A stretch of DNA of 64,000 nt. It comes from an uncultured delta proteobacterium (GTDB lineage: Bacteria > Desulfobacterota > Desulfobacteria > Desulfobacterales > B30-G6). Location: assembly GCA_963823335.1 (NCBI GenBank), contig CAWGLD010000006.1, positions 1 to 64,000 on the forward strand, given 5' to 3'. The notes under the pieces were generated by a model, which made no database searches, was not told the origin of the DNA, and saw only the letters and a list, made by a program, of their open reading frames with translations. The translations under genes were made by a program, and so were the position numbers. Positions 10,147 through 19,522 of this stretch are shown here, in pieces; within the stretch, counting starts at the first letter, position 1, and the number at the start of each line of letters is the position of its first letter.

Positions 10147-11541
10147 CCTCTCGATATTCAGTTTGTCCAAGCGGTAGCGGATCGATCTGAAGGTGATGCC
10201 GAGCAGTTTTGCGGCGGTGTGCTTGTTGCCCTGGCTGATGTCGAGAGCTTTCTCCAGGTAGGCCCGTTCGATTTCTGCCAGTATGGTGTCGATGGAGACC
10301 CCGTGTGCCACTTCATCCAGATCGAAGCGGCGATCTTTGACGCCCTCGATCCATCGCTTCTTATATAGCGACAGTTCTAGACTGTCCGGCAACAGGATAT
10401 TGGTACTGGTCAAGGCAACACTGCGTTCCAGGAGATTTTCAAGTTCGCGAATATTTCCGGGGAAGTCATACTTTTTCAGGAGCTCGATGGCGTAGGAAGA
10501 TATTTTTGTAATTTCTTTGCCCATTTCCCTGGAGTACTTGTCCAGGAAAAACTGCGCCAGGGGCTTCAGGTCACCCATGCGTTCGCGCAAGGGGGGGATC
10601 TTTATTTCAATGACGTTCAGTCGGTAGAACAGATCTTCCCGGAATCGCCCGCCCATGATCTCCTTTTTCAGGTCCTTGTTGGTTGCCGAGATAAATCGGA
10701 TATCGACGGAAATGTCCTGGGTGTCCCCCACGCGTTTAAACACTTTTTCCTGTACCGCCCTGAGAAGCTTTACCTGAAAACTGGTACTCAATTCACCGAT
10801 TTCATCCAGAAAGACAGTGCCTTGGTCGGCGACCTCAAAAAGGCCTTTCTTGTCGTTGCTTGCGCCGGTGAACGACCCTTTTTTGTGCCCGAAGAACTCG
10901 CTCTCCATGAGTGTCTCAGGGATGCTGCCGCAATTGATCACCACAAAAGGATCCTCTTTGCGGTCACTCTGATCATGGATAGCCCTGGCGATGAGCTCCT
11001 TTCCGGTACCACTTTCACCGGTGATGAGGATATTGGTCTTGGTTCTCGCTACCTGGCGGATCATGTCATAAATATGGAGCATTCTGGGGCTGTTGCCAAC
11101 AATCGTTCCAAAATGGATGGTATCATCCCGATCAAGATTGAGTGCTTTGTTATCCTGATCGCTGGTTCTAATGTCCAGTGCGCTTTTAATGGTGTGTTTC
11201 AGTTCTTCATTGTCAAAAGGTTTGGGGACATAATCATAGGCACCTTCATTCATGGCTTCTACAGCATTTTCCGCCGAAGAATACGCGGATATCATAATCA
11301 CAACAACTTCCGGATTTTTTTCTTTGGCGCGTTTGAGCACCTCTATGCCGTTGATGTCTCCAAGTTTTATGTCACAGAGCAGCAGGTCGTAAGAGCCCTT
11401 TTGAAGCAGCGAAATGGCTTGTTTCCCGCTGTCGGCGGACGTGACCTGGTAACCTTCTTTGGTGAGAATGATCTCCAGCAGTTCCAGCATGCTGCGTTCA
11501 TCGTCGATTACAAGAATGTGGGGTTTGGTCACATCCGGCAT
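10144..11541 (-). CDS. pilR: Sigma-54-dependent response regulator, PilR-like (REC-AAA+-HTH)
   Basis: REC (ILVIDDE, LLLCDIKL), Walker A GESGTGKE, GSFTGA loop, FREDLFYRLNV, Fis-type HTH; adjacent to pilA. Likely start MPDVTKP at 11541. Confidence 0.85.
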   Translation of the reverse strand: MPDVTKPHILVIDDERSMLELLEIILTKEGYQVTSADSGKQAISLLQKGSYDLLLCDIKLGDINGIEVLKRAKEKNPEVVVIMISAYSSAENAVEAMNEGAYDYVPKPFDNEELKHTIKSALDIRTSDQDNKALNLDRDDTIHFGTIVGNSPRMLHIYDMIRQVARTKTNILITGESGTGKELIARAIHDQSDRKEDPFVVINCGSIPETLMESEFFGHKKGSFTGASNDKKGLFEVADQGTVFLDEIGELSTSFQVKLLRAVQEKVFKRVGDTQDISVDIRFISATNKDLKKEIMGGRFREDLFYRLNVIEIKIPPLRERMGDLKPLAQFFLDKYSREMGKEITKISSYAIELLKKYDFPGNIRELENLLERSVALTSTNILLPDSLELSLYKKRWIEGVKDRRFDLDEVAHGVSIDTILAEIERAYLEKALDISQGNKHTAAKLLGITFRSIRYRLDKLNIER

Positions 11542-11570
11542 AAGTGTATCCTTTCGATGGTTGTGTTCTG

Positions 11571-12872
11571 TTAAGAAGCCTGGTACACGATCCTGCCGTT
11601 TACAATAGTTAAGACCGGTCCGCCTTTCAAGGCCCAATCGTCGAAAGGCGTGTTGCGGCTTTTGGATTGAAACGATTCAGCACAGACGCGTATTTGTCTG
11701 TCCAAGTCGATCACCGTGATATCTGCAACGGCATTCTCATGTAATCCGCAGGGAATATTCAGTATTTTAGACGGATTGAGGGACATTTTTCGTATCAATT
11801 CCGTTAGGGTCAGGTGTCCCTTAGCAACAAGTGTCAATGCCAGGGAAACAGATGTTTCGAGCCCGATAATCCCGTTGGGGGCTTTTTCGAATGCGACCTT
11901 TTTTTCATCGGGGTGATGCGGCGCGTGGTCTGTGGCAATGGCATCGATGGTACCGTCCACCAGACCTTCGATAATGGCAGCTCTGTCTTTGGACGAACGC
12001 AGTGGCGGATTCATTTTCGCATTGGTTCCACATGTCCTGACAGCATCATGGGTGAGCATGAAGTAATGGGGGGCTGTTTCCGCCGTAACCGGAATTCCTT
12101 TTTGCTTGGCAGCACGGATAGCCGCCACAGACTCTCTTGTGCTGACATGGGCGATATGGACGCTCGCTCCCGTAAGATCGGCCAGAGCGATGTCACGTTG
12201 GACCATGACGCTTTCGGCGGCGTTGGGGATACCCGGGATTTTAAGGGCCAGGGCAACATGTCCTTCATTCATGGCGCCCTTCCCTGCAAGATCGAGATCC
12301 TCGGCATGTGATATCACCGGAAGATCGTAATTCTTAGCATTTTCAAGTGCCTTTCGCATGAGACGGTTGCTGGTAACCGGCATGCCATCATCTGAAAGTG
12401 CCACCGCGCCGGCTTTTTTCAAGGCACCAAAGCGGGTCATGCAGCTTCCTTCAAGAGAATGGCTGATTGCCGCACAGGGGTAGACTCTTGTCATGCCTTC
12501 TGCACGGGCTTTTTCCAGGATGTAGGCGGTGACAGTGGGCGAATCATTGACAGGATCGGTATTCGGCATCGTGCAAACACCTGTAAACCCACCATGAACT
12601 GCGGCCAGGCTACCGGTCTTGATGGTTTCCTTGTGTTCATGGCCGGGTTCCCTGAAATGAACATGCATATCGATGAAGCCGGGCGCTATAACTTTACCGC
12701 AAAGATCGATAACTTTCAGGTTGTCCGGGGTGTTGGGCACGTCAGGAAATTTGTCGGTATTCTTTCCAGAGGGTATGATGGCTTCGATGCGGCCGTTTCT
12801 GATCAGAACATCCATTCTGCCATCCAGATGCTCCGGATCGATGACGTGTCCGCCTTTTAACAGTAAGTCCAT
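11571..12872 (-). CDS. pyrC: Dihydroorotase
   Basis: PGFIDMHVHFREPG, MPNTDP, KMNPPLR and ATDHAPH motifs. Confidence 0.95.
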   Translation of the reverse strand: MDLLLKGGHVIDPEHLDGRMDVLIRNGRIEAIIPSGKNTDKFPDVPNTPDNLKVIDLCGKVIAPGFIDMHVHFREPGHEHKETIKTGSLAAVHGGFTGVCTMPNTDPVNDSPTVTAYILEKARAEGMTRVYPCAAISHSLEGSCMTRFGALKKAGAVALSDDGMPVTSNRLMRKALENAKNYDLPVISHAEDLDLAGKGAMNEGHVALALKIPGIPNAAESVMVQRDIALADLTGASVHIAHVSTRESVAAIRAAKQKGIPVTAETAPHYFMLTHDAVRTCGTNAKMNPPLRSSKDRAAIIEGLVDGTIDAIATDHAPHHPDEKKVAFEKAPNGIIGLETSVSLALTLVAKGHLTLTELIRKMSLNPSKILNIPCGLHENAVADITVIDLDRQIRVCAESFQSKSRNTPFDDWALKGGPVLTIVNGRIVYQAS

Positions 12873-12876
12873 AGAC

Positions 12877-13548
12877 CTATCTTAAAATATCAAAAATTCT
12901 ATCCCAGCGTACGTAATTCAACAGGGCTTCGGAATTGTTCTTGTTCCAGGACCAGTAGATCATGAATGCTTTGCCCTTGACAGCTTTCAAATTGACAAAT
13001 CCCCAGAACCGGCTGTCTTTGCTGTTATCCCGGTTGTCGCCCATGACGAACAATGAATCCTGGGGAACGATAACCGGTCCGAAATTATCTCTCTTGTTAT
13101 ATACCGCCGGTATGATGTGCGGATCCGTGTGGATGGCGTATGCCTGATCAATCAGTTCGTCGTTGACAAATAGTTTCTTATTACGGACTTCGATGACGTC
13201 CCCTTCGATACCCACAACCCGTTTAATGAAGTCGACTTTGGGGTTTTCGGGATATCGAAATACGATGATATCATCCCTGTGCGGTTCTTTGATGGGGATA
13301 ATCATCTTTTGTACAAAAGGAAGCTTGATACCATAGATGAATTTGTTGACCAGTATGTGGTCGCCGATCTGGAGGGTTTCTTTCATGGAACCGGAGGGGA
13401 TTTTAAAGGCCTGGACCACGAATGTCCTGATAAACAGCGCCAGCAGTATGGCGATGGCAATGGCCTCGACGTTTTCACGCAGGCCGCTCTTTTTGTTTTC
13501 GGTCTTCGGGGAAGTCTTCGCATCTGATGGGGTTTTCAAGTATGACAC
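12877..13548 (-). CDS. lepB: Signal peptidase I
   Basis: IPSGSM (catalytic Ser), DFIKRVVG (Lys), MGDNRDNSKDSRFWG. Confidence 0.95.
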   Translation of the reverse strand: MSYLKTPSDAKTSPKTENKKSGLRENVEAIAIAILLALFIRTFVVQAFKIPSGSMKETLQIGDHILVNKFIYGIKLPFVQKMIIPIKEPHRDDIIVFRYPENPKVDFIKRVVGIEGDVIEVRNKKLFVNDELIDQAYAIHTDPHIIPAVYNKRDNFGPVIVPQDSLFVMGDNRDNSKDSRFWGFVNLKAVKGKAFMIYWSWNKNNSEALLNYVRWDRIFDILR

Positions 13549-13557
13549 CTATATTTA

Positions 13558-14022
13558 TTATATATCAATTAGTTGAAGTATAATTCTTAAAGTTATGTTT
13601 GCAATAATAGCGGCCGCGATATCATCCAATACGATACCGGTTCCACCTTTGAATCTGCGTTCCAGAAAACGGATGGGGAACGGCTTGGTAATGTCGAGCA
13701 CCCTGAATAACACAAAACCGAGTCCTGCTGTCGTGGCAGTGAAAGGGAGACCCGCCAGGGTCAGGGTCATACCCAGAATTTCGTCGATGACAATGGCCCC
13801 GGGATCTTTTTGCCCCATTATCTGTTCGGCTTCACCTGCGATCCATATGGCAAATGGAATTGTCAGTGCGATCAGGACAAGAGAAATCCACGGATCAATT
13901 CTCGACAGCAGCCAGCAGATGGGGAGACCGGCCAGTGTGCCGAATGATCCCGGAGCAAACGGCATGTTACCAAGCGAGCAGCCACTCGAAAGAAACAATA
14001 TCGTTTTCTTTCGCAATATCAT
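13558..14022 (-). CDS. pgpA: Phosphatidylglycerophosphatase A
   Basis: APGSFGTL, KDPGAIVIDE, FRVLDITKPFP, GIVLDD. Confidence 0.93.
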   Translation of the reverse strand: MILRKKTILFLSSGCSLGNMPFAPGSFGTLAGLPICWLLSRIDPWISLVLIALTIPFAIWIAGEAEQIMGQKDPGAIVIDEILGMTLTLAGLPFTATTAGLGFVLFRVLDITKPFPIRFLERRFKGGTGIVLDDIAAAIIANITLRIILQLIDI

Positions 14023-14136
14023 GGCACGTCTCTATAGTCTGGGTCGGTTTTTGTCAAGGGGATGTTGGGTCTCGTAAGCTTTACAATGATGATTTTATAA
14101 ATTGGTGATCAAGCCTCTTATAGGGGCAACCCAGTG

Positions 14137-14155
14137 CCGGGTCCTTTGGACCCGG
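14137..14155. repeat. Short GC-rich hairpin just downstream of larC (terminator- or REP-like)
   Basis: CCGGGTCC-TTT-GGACCCGG perfect 8-bp stem. Confidence 0.45.
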
Positions 14156-14159
14156 GTAT

Positions 14160-15356
14160 CTACTCAGTCGGTGGCGCAGCTTCCCGATCAATCAGTTCGT
14201 ACACTCTTTTAATGGGGATCTTATGGGCAAGGGCAATTTTTTTACATGATTCATATTCCGGCACCAGGCGGGTGTTTCCGTCCTGATTGGTTATTTTTTT
14301 CATCAGGACATCGCCAAGGGTGGTGGAGACGGTGATGATTTCACGTATGAGTTTGGCGCGCTGCAGGGGATGGAAGCGGACACCCGTCGATGTGGTTTCG
14401 GAAAGAATTCGGTTGATAACGGCAGCTCGTTTATCCATATCGCACAGCACCTGAATCAAGGTTCCCGGTCGGTTTTTTTTCATGAAAACAGGAATCCAGT
14501 AGACATCCAGAGCACCGTCGTCAAAAAGGCGATCCATAAGATAACCGAATATTTCCGGGTTCATATCGTCCACACAGGTTTCGACAACAACCACGGTGTC
14601 TCCCACCAGGAACTCCTGGTCGTCCTTGTTGGACAGGGTATGCATCTGCCCTGTCATTACCCGCAGGAGATTGGGGTGGTTCTGAAGTTTTCGAGATCCA
14701 GCGCCGTAGCCGATTTTTGCGATCGTCATGGGCGGTATATCAACAAAATCTTTGGCAAGGGTTTTTATGATGGCGGCACCGGTGGGAGTTACCAGTTCCG
14801 CGGAAATTCCAGAGCCGTATACCGGAACATCTTTGAGTATTTCCATTGTTGCCGGCGCAGGTATGGGCAGGGTGCCATGCTGGCAGTCGACAAATCCTTT
14901 CCCCAGGGGGATTTTAGACGACAGGACGGTGTCGATGCCCAGGTATTCCAGGCACAGGGCGCTTCCCACGATATCCACGATGGAATCGATTGCCCCCACT
15001 TCATGGAAATGAACGCTGGTTTTTTCCACACCGTGAATCTTGGACTCTGCTTCGGCGACCTGGTCGAAAATGGCCAGGCTGGTTTTTCGTACATAGTGTG
15101 TCAGGGAACATTGTTCTATCATTACTTTGATATCGCCGTAGTGCCTGTGGATAGGGTTTCCCTGCACATGTACCTGAAAATGCCGGGCCTGGATTCCGTG
15201 ACATGATATGGGATCTGCAGACAATGCAAACCCATCCACTGACAATCCTGACAGTTGTTCCTGAAGCCATTCCAGGGGAACCCCGGTATCCAGCAAGGCG
15301 CCAACCACCATATTGCCGCTGATACCAGAGAAACAATCAAAATAAGCCGTTGTCAT
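14160..15356 (-). CDS. larC: Nickel pincer cofactor biosynthesis protein LarC
   Basis: YFDCFSGISGNM, VHFHEVGAIDSIVDI, ELVTPTGAA, MKKNRPG, PEYESC. Confidence 0.9.
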   Translation of the reverse strand: MTTAYFDCFSGISGNMVVGALLDTGVPLEWLQEQLSGLSVDGFALSADPISCHGIQARHFQVHVQGNPIHRHYGDIKVMIEQCSLTHYVRKTSLAIFDQVAEAESKIHGVEKTSVHFHEVGAIDSIVDIVGSALCLEYLGIDTVLSSKIPLGKGFVDCQHGTLPIPAPATMEILKDVPVYGSGISAELVTPTGAAIIKTLAKDFVDIPPMTIAKIGYGAGSRKLQNHPNLLRVMTGQMHTLSNKDDQEFLVGDTVVVVETCVDDMNPEIFGYLMDRLFDDGALDVYWIPVFMKKNRPGTLIQVLCDMDKRAAVINRILSETTSTGVRFHPLQRAKLIREIITVSTTLGDVLMKKITNQDGNTRLVPEYESCKKIALAHKIPIKRVYELIDREAAPPTE

Positions 15357-16501
15357 GCTGTTTCCCCATGGGCGTGCAAACGGATGATCTCCAGGAGAAG
15401 TTCGGCTGTTGCCACCATGTCATCCAGTTTGACCGATTCCTTGACGGTGTGCATATCCTTCATTCCCGTACCAATCACGCCCAGATCGATGCCGTGTTGG
15501 GTAAAAACATTGGCATCGGCGCCACCGCCGGTTGATTTGCAGGCCATGGTGCGGTTCAAATTGGTCGCCGCCTGCCTGGCCAGGGACACCACACGATGGC
15601 TTTCCGGAATATCTGTACGGGTAAATTCTTTTTCAACGGTATGTTCAAGATACGGCAGGCTATCATCCGAGGAACTCTCAAACTGGTCCGAAACCGCTTT
15701 TTGAAAGGCGCTTACCATGGCCGTCGTTACCTTGTTCAGCTTTTCTTCGTCATGACTCCGGGCTTCACCCTCCACACGCACACGTTCGGGTACGATGTTG
15801 ATGGCCAGCCCTCCTTGAATGATACCAATGTTGCAGGTGGTTTCGCGGTCGATACGGCCAAGTTTCATGTCTGCAATGGCCTTGCCTGCAATCTGGATGG
15901 CATTGATCCCGTTTTCCGGTTTGGCGCCGGCATGGGCGGCTTTTCCGTGAACCGTGAAAACTAGGTAGTTGGCGGAAGGTGCCCGTGTAATGATTCCTAA
16001 AGGGTCTGTGGCATCCAGGGCGAAACCGTATGTCGCCGACAGCATGTCATAATTGAGGTTTTTAGCCCCTAAAAGACCGATTTCTTCACACACGGTTAAA
16101 ACCACTTCCAGGGGACCATGGGGCAGGCTGTTTTCCTTTATTATCCAAAGCACTTCCAGGATGACAGCCAGGGCGCTCTTGTCGTCGGCGCCCAGGATGG
16201 TGTCACCCTTGCTTGAGAAGACACCGTTTTCCAAAACAGGCTCAACCCCCCTACCCGGTTCAACCGTGTCCATGTGCGCATTCAGGAGCATGGGTGGGAC
16301 CGTAACATTGCCTTTAAATTTGGCAATGATGTTTCCGGTTTGCCCACCGATCTTCTCTCCGGCATCATCTTGGGCAACCTCGGCGCCCATGGATGTCAAT
16401 ATCTCGCAAAGCAATTCTGCGATGGCTTGCTCCTCTTTGGAGACTGAATCGATGCGCACCAGGCGTGAAAAGGTTTGGGCCAGTCTTTCCTTGTCGATCA
16501 T
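15353..16501 (-). CDS. M20 family metallopeptidase (peptidase T-like)
   Basis: NAHMDTV, LGADDKS, VCEEIGL, GGGADAN, MHTVKE; start MIDKERL after AGGAGA. Confidence 0.88.
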   Translation of the reverse strand: MIDKERLAQTFSRLVRIDSVSKEEQAIAELLCEILTSMGAEVAQDDAGEKIGGQTGNIIAKFKGNVTVPPMLLNAHMDTVEPGRGVEPVLENGVFSSKGDTILGADDKSALAVILEVLWIIKENSLPHGPLEVVLTVCEEIGLLGAKNLNYDMLSATYGFALDATDPLGIITRAPSANYLVFTVHGKAAHAGAKPENGINAIQIAGKAIADMKLGRIDRETTCNIGIIQGGLAINIVPERVRVEGEARSHDEEKLNKVTTAMVSAFQKAVSDQFESSSDDSLPYLEHTVEKEFTRTDIPESHRVVSLARQAATNLNRTMACKSTGGGADANVFTQHGIDLGVIGTGMKDMHTVKESVKLDDMVATAELLLEIIRLHAHGETA

Positions 16502-16588
16502 GAGTTCTCTCCTGTGAATAAAAACGTTACACGATTTTAAGTTGACAAAATAGAGAATGCCTATATTATAAGCGGGTTCTTGTCCTAT

Positions 16589-16686
16589 GGAAGTGCGCAG
16601 CTTACTGGTGAGGCTCCCGGACTTCAAATCCGGTGTGGGGCGCTAAAACCGTCCCGGGTGGGTTCGATTCCCATGCACTTCCGCCA
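16589..16686 (+). tRNA. selC: tRNA-Sec (UCA)
   Basis: 8-bp acceptor stem GGAAGTGC/GCACTTCC, anticodon loop CTTCAAA, long variable arm, GGTTCGATTCC T-arm, encoded G-CCA end. Confidence 0.95.
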
Positions 16687-16770
16687 ATACTTTTATCTTG
16701 ACTCCAACCCCATATAAATCTCAAATACAGGTGATTTTGGCAACAGGTATTTGACTGATAAAGCAAAAGA

Positions 16771-16798
16771 AAGCCCTGTCCAAAAAGACAGGGCTTTT
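16771..16798. terminator. Bidirectional intrinsic terminator between selC and the channel gene
   Basis: AAGCCCTGTC-CAAAAA-GACAGGGCTTTT, with an A-rich left flank. Confidence 0.7.
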
Positions 16799-16865
16799 AT
16801 GGTTCATCTGTTGCTGCTGCAATGTCGTAGCATACCATGATGCGGACGCTTTCAGCTCAAAAAAT

Positions 16866-17534
16866 TTAGGATTTTTCTGCAGCGTTGTTTAAATATTTAC
16901 CCACCAGTATGGCAACCAGAATCGTCATATAAAACTGTCCGACAACGGCTATGCTTATTGTAACAGATTTTGCCAAAGATGATACGGGTGTGACATCCCC
17001 ATATCCCAAGGTTGTCAGGGAAACAAAGCTGAAATATAGATAATCATGAAATCCCTTGGCAACTCCCCCGGCAAAATTAATCGCCGCGGAATCCAGGTGA
17101 TAGATATGCTTGTTCACTATTTCCGCAATAGCCAGACACAACGCTCCCAATATTCCTAAAAGCAGATACCCGTTGATTGCATTGATGATGATGGTGACAT
17201 TGACCTTTATGCTTTTGGCCACATGTCTGACCATAAATACAACAATAAACACATCGAAGAAAAAAAATGAAAAGGCAAAAATCAAGAACAAGGTGTTGTT
17301 GTCAAGAAAGTAAGCTATCCAGTTTAAACAGATGGTCACTGTACCGGATACAATCAGAATCTTTTGAGCTCTTTCAACAAAGTCCAGGGAAAAAGTGCCG
17401 AAGAATATTACCGCCGTAAAAAGGATATTTTTCATCAACTCGTCATTGGAAGACAAAGCGGGCAGGAAAAGAATCAGGATGAGCAGGCAGATTAAGAGAG
17501 CGATATTATTTCTGGTAAGGTCCTTTTTTTTCAT
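16866..17534 (-). CDS. Potassium channel family membrane protein (Ion_trans_2 pore)
   Basis: Pore signature YFSFVSLTTLGYGDVTP plus several TM helices. Confidence 0.85.
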   Translation of the reverse strand: MKKKDLTRNNIALLICLLILILFLPALSSNDELMKNILFTAVIFFGTFSLDFVERAQKILIVSGTVTICLNWIAYFLDNNTLFLIFAFSFFFFDVFIVVFMVRHVAKSIKVNVTIIINAINGYLLLGILGALCLAIAEIVNKHIYHLDSAAINFAGGVAKGFHDYLYFSFVSLTTLGYGDVTPVSSLAKSVTISIAVVGQFYMTILVAILVGKYLNNAAEKS

Positions 17535-17643
17535 ACAAAAGCCTATGTCATATAGCAGGATGATGAGGGTTTTGGTCGTTTTTGTCGTGGAGCCCCAATA
17601 TTCTTCTTATTTTGCCTACCATTCCGAAAAAAAGATGTAAGGT

Positions 17644-19242
17644 TTACCAGTCCGGTGCCCGCCAGCGCAGCCTGTCTTCCTCTTCCGGTGGTGGTTCCGA
17701 TTCTGCAGGTGCCAGCAGATTCCCCCAGTCTGTCCGTTCCTGCATGGTCTTTCGCGTCTCCTCTGGCACAAAATCTTTACCTTCACGAATCTGCCACCCT
17801 CCCCCAAGGGCTTTGAACAGGGCAATAAAATTCTCGGCAACCGATCCTTTGACCTCGGTTAAACGATTTTGCGCTTGACTCTGAGATCGTTGGGTATCCA
17901 GCACCCGTTGATAGTCCACCATTCCTTCCTGATACTGGATCATGGAAAGATCCACCGACCGTATGGCTGCTTTCACGCTTTCGGTCAAAAATTTTTCCTC
18001 ATCCTGGGACCGTAAATAGGCCACCATGGCATCTTCCACCTCCTGGGCTGCCTTGAGCACGGTATTCTGGTAATTGACAACCAGTTGCTGAAAACGGGCA
18101 TCCTGAACACGCACCTGGTTTTTGGTGCGCCCGTAGTTAAAAATGTTCCAGGTAAAAGCGGGTCCGCCGAAAAACCTGACACTGTCGGAAACCCATAAGT
18201 CGCTGAATGAGCTGCCACCGGGATACCCTGCTGATGTGACATCCGCGTTACTTGACTGCAGACCGATGGAGCCGAAAAGAGAGAAATGCGGGTAAAGGTC
18301 TGCCTTGGCAACACCGATGAGGGCGCTCTGGGAGGCCAGCTGCCGCTCTGCAAGTCGGATATCCGGGCGCCGCCGCAGCAGCTCGGACGGAATCCCTACT
18401 CTTGCCTCGGCAGGTGTCGTGGGAATGGGCTTTGATGATGTTAAGATATTCTCGAGTTCCCCGGGGAGCATTCCCAGCAAGATAGCCAATCCGTTCCTGC
18501 CTTGGCGAAGTCCTATCTGTATCCGGGGAATCGTGGCGTTGGTGTCCTGCAGCAGGGTCTGGGCCTGTTGTACATCCAGCTCGGTGATGTCGCCTTCTTT
18601 GAAACGCGTTTCAACGATTTTAAGGGATTGTTCCTGAATCTTCACGTTTTCACGGGCAATCATCAGAAGCATCTCTTGTTTACGAATAAAGACATAGGTA
18701 CGGGCGACTTCTGCAGTGAGGGTGACCAGGATGTCATCATAGCTTGCAATGGATGTTTCAAGCTTACCCACGTTTGACTCGACGGCGCGGCGGAATTTAC
18801 CCCAGAAGTCCAGTTCCCAGGCAGCGTCAAACCCCAGATCGATGGTGCCATAGTTAAAATCAGCACCGGGCTGGGTATTGGCTGCGTTTTCGCTCAGGCT
18901 TGTATAGGTGGCGTTCCCCCCCACCGATTGTGATTGGGGGTAGAGGTCACCGATGGCGATGCCTAACTGGGCGCGGGCTTCCAGGATTCTGATGCCTGCG
19001 ATTCGAAGGGAAAGGTTCTGTTGAGACGCCATGTCGATCAATGTGTTGAGATCCGGGTCATTAAAGACCGTCCACCACTGGGCAAAATCCCCTGACTCAC
19101 TTTTGATGAGAGGGTCTTCCTCCTCAAGCCATTTCTGGGGTTGCGGTGCTTCGGGTTTGACATAATCCGGCCCCACCGCGCATCCGGCAAGCAGCAGGGC
19201 AAGACCGATAACCAATCCATAAATGAGACGGCTCGTTTTCAT
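17644..19242 (-). CDS. Efflux outer membrane factor lipoprotein (NodT/OprM family)
   Basis: Lipobox LAGC-AVGPDY, WWTVFNDP, WELDFWG, LLRRRPDI, LFKALGGGW. Confidence 0.92.
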   Translation of the reverse strand: MKTSRLIYGLVIGLALLLAGCAVGPDYVKPEAPQPQKWLEEEDPLIKSESGDFAQWWTVFNDPDLNTLIDMASQQNLSLRIAGIRILEARAQLGIAIGDLYPQSQSVGGNATYTSLSENAANTQPGADFNYGTIDLGFDAAWELDFWGKFRRAVESNVGKLETSIASYDDILVTLTAEVARTYVFIRKQEMLLMIARENVKIQEQSLKIVETRFKEGDITELDVQQAQTLLQDTNATIPRIQIGLRQGRNGLAILLGMLPGELENILTSSKPIPTTPAEARVGIPSELLRRRPDIRLAERQLASQSALIGVAKADLYPHFSLFGSIGLQSSNADVTSAGYPGGSSFSDLWVSDSVRFFGGPAFTWNIFNYGRTKNQVRVQDARFQQLVVNYQNTVLKAAQEVEDAMVAYLRSQDEEKFLTESVKAAIRSVDLSMIQYQEGMVDYQRVLDTQRSQSQAQNRLTEVKGSVAENFIALFKALGGGWQIREGKDFVPEETRKTMQERTDWGNLLAPAESEPPPEEEDRLRWRAPDW

Positions 19243-19293
19243 ATTATCAGTCGTTCCTTTTGGTAAAAAATATGGTTCTTCTCCCATTTAGTA

Positions 19294-19481
19294 GGGAGAA
19301 AGGATTCAAGGGTTCAAGGGTTCAAGTGTTTGTTCTCCAGGGACCTGATCATCGCTTCCAGCATTCTTTCGACTTCCTCGATTTCTTCTCTCAATTTCTG
19401 AAACCTTATAATTTACGAGCAGTTAACTGTTGCCTCACTTCATCTTACTGGAACCCTGGGCCCCTCGACCCCTTGAACCCT
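19294..19481. repeat. Element bounded by inverted arrays of an AGGGTTCA-type 8-mer, carrying a four-helix-bundle gene remnant
   Basis: Left end GGGAGAAAGGATTCAAGGGTTCAAGGGTTCAAGTG, right end ..CTCGACCCCTTGAACCCT. Minus strand 19406-19314 reads RFQKLREEIEEVERMLEAMIRSLENKHLNP-stop. Confidence 0.65.
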
Positions 19482-19522
19482 CTATTTGGATCAACCCTTT
19501 TGACAATGATCCAAAAGATATA

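Noticed and set aside
19294-19481. CRISPR array or diversity-generating retroelement
   Set aside because: No repeat-spacer periodicity, cas genes, reverse transcriptase or TR/VR pair in the window.
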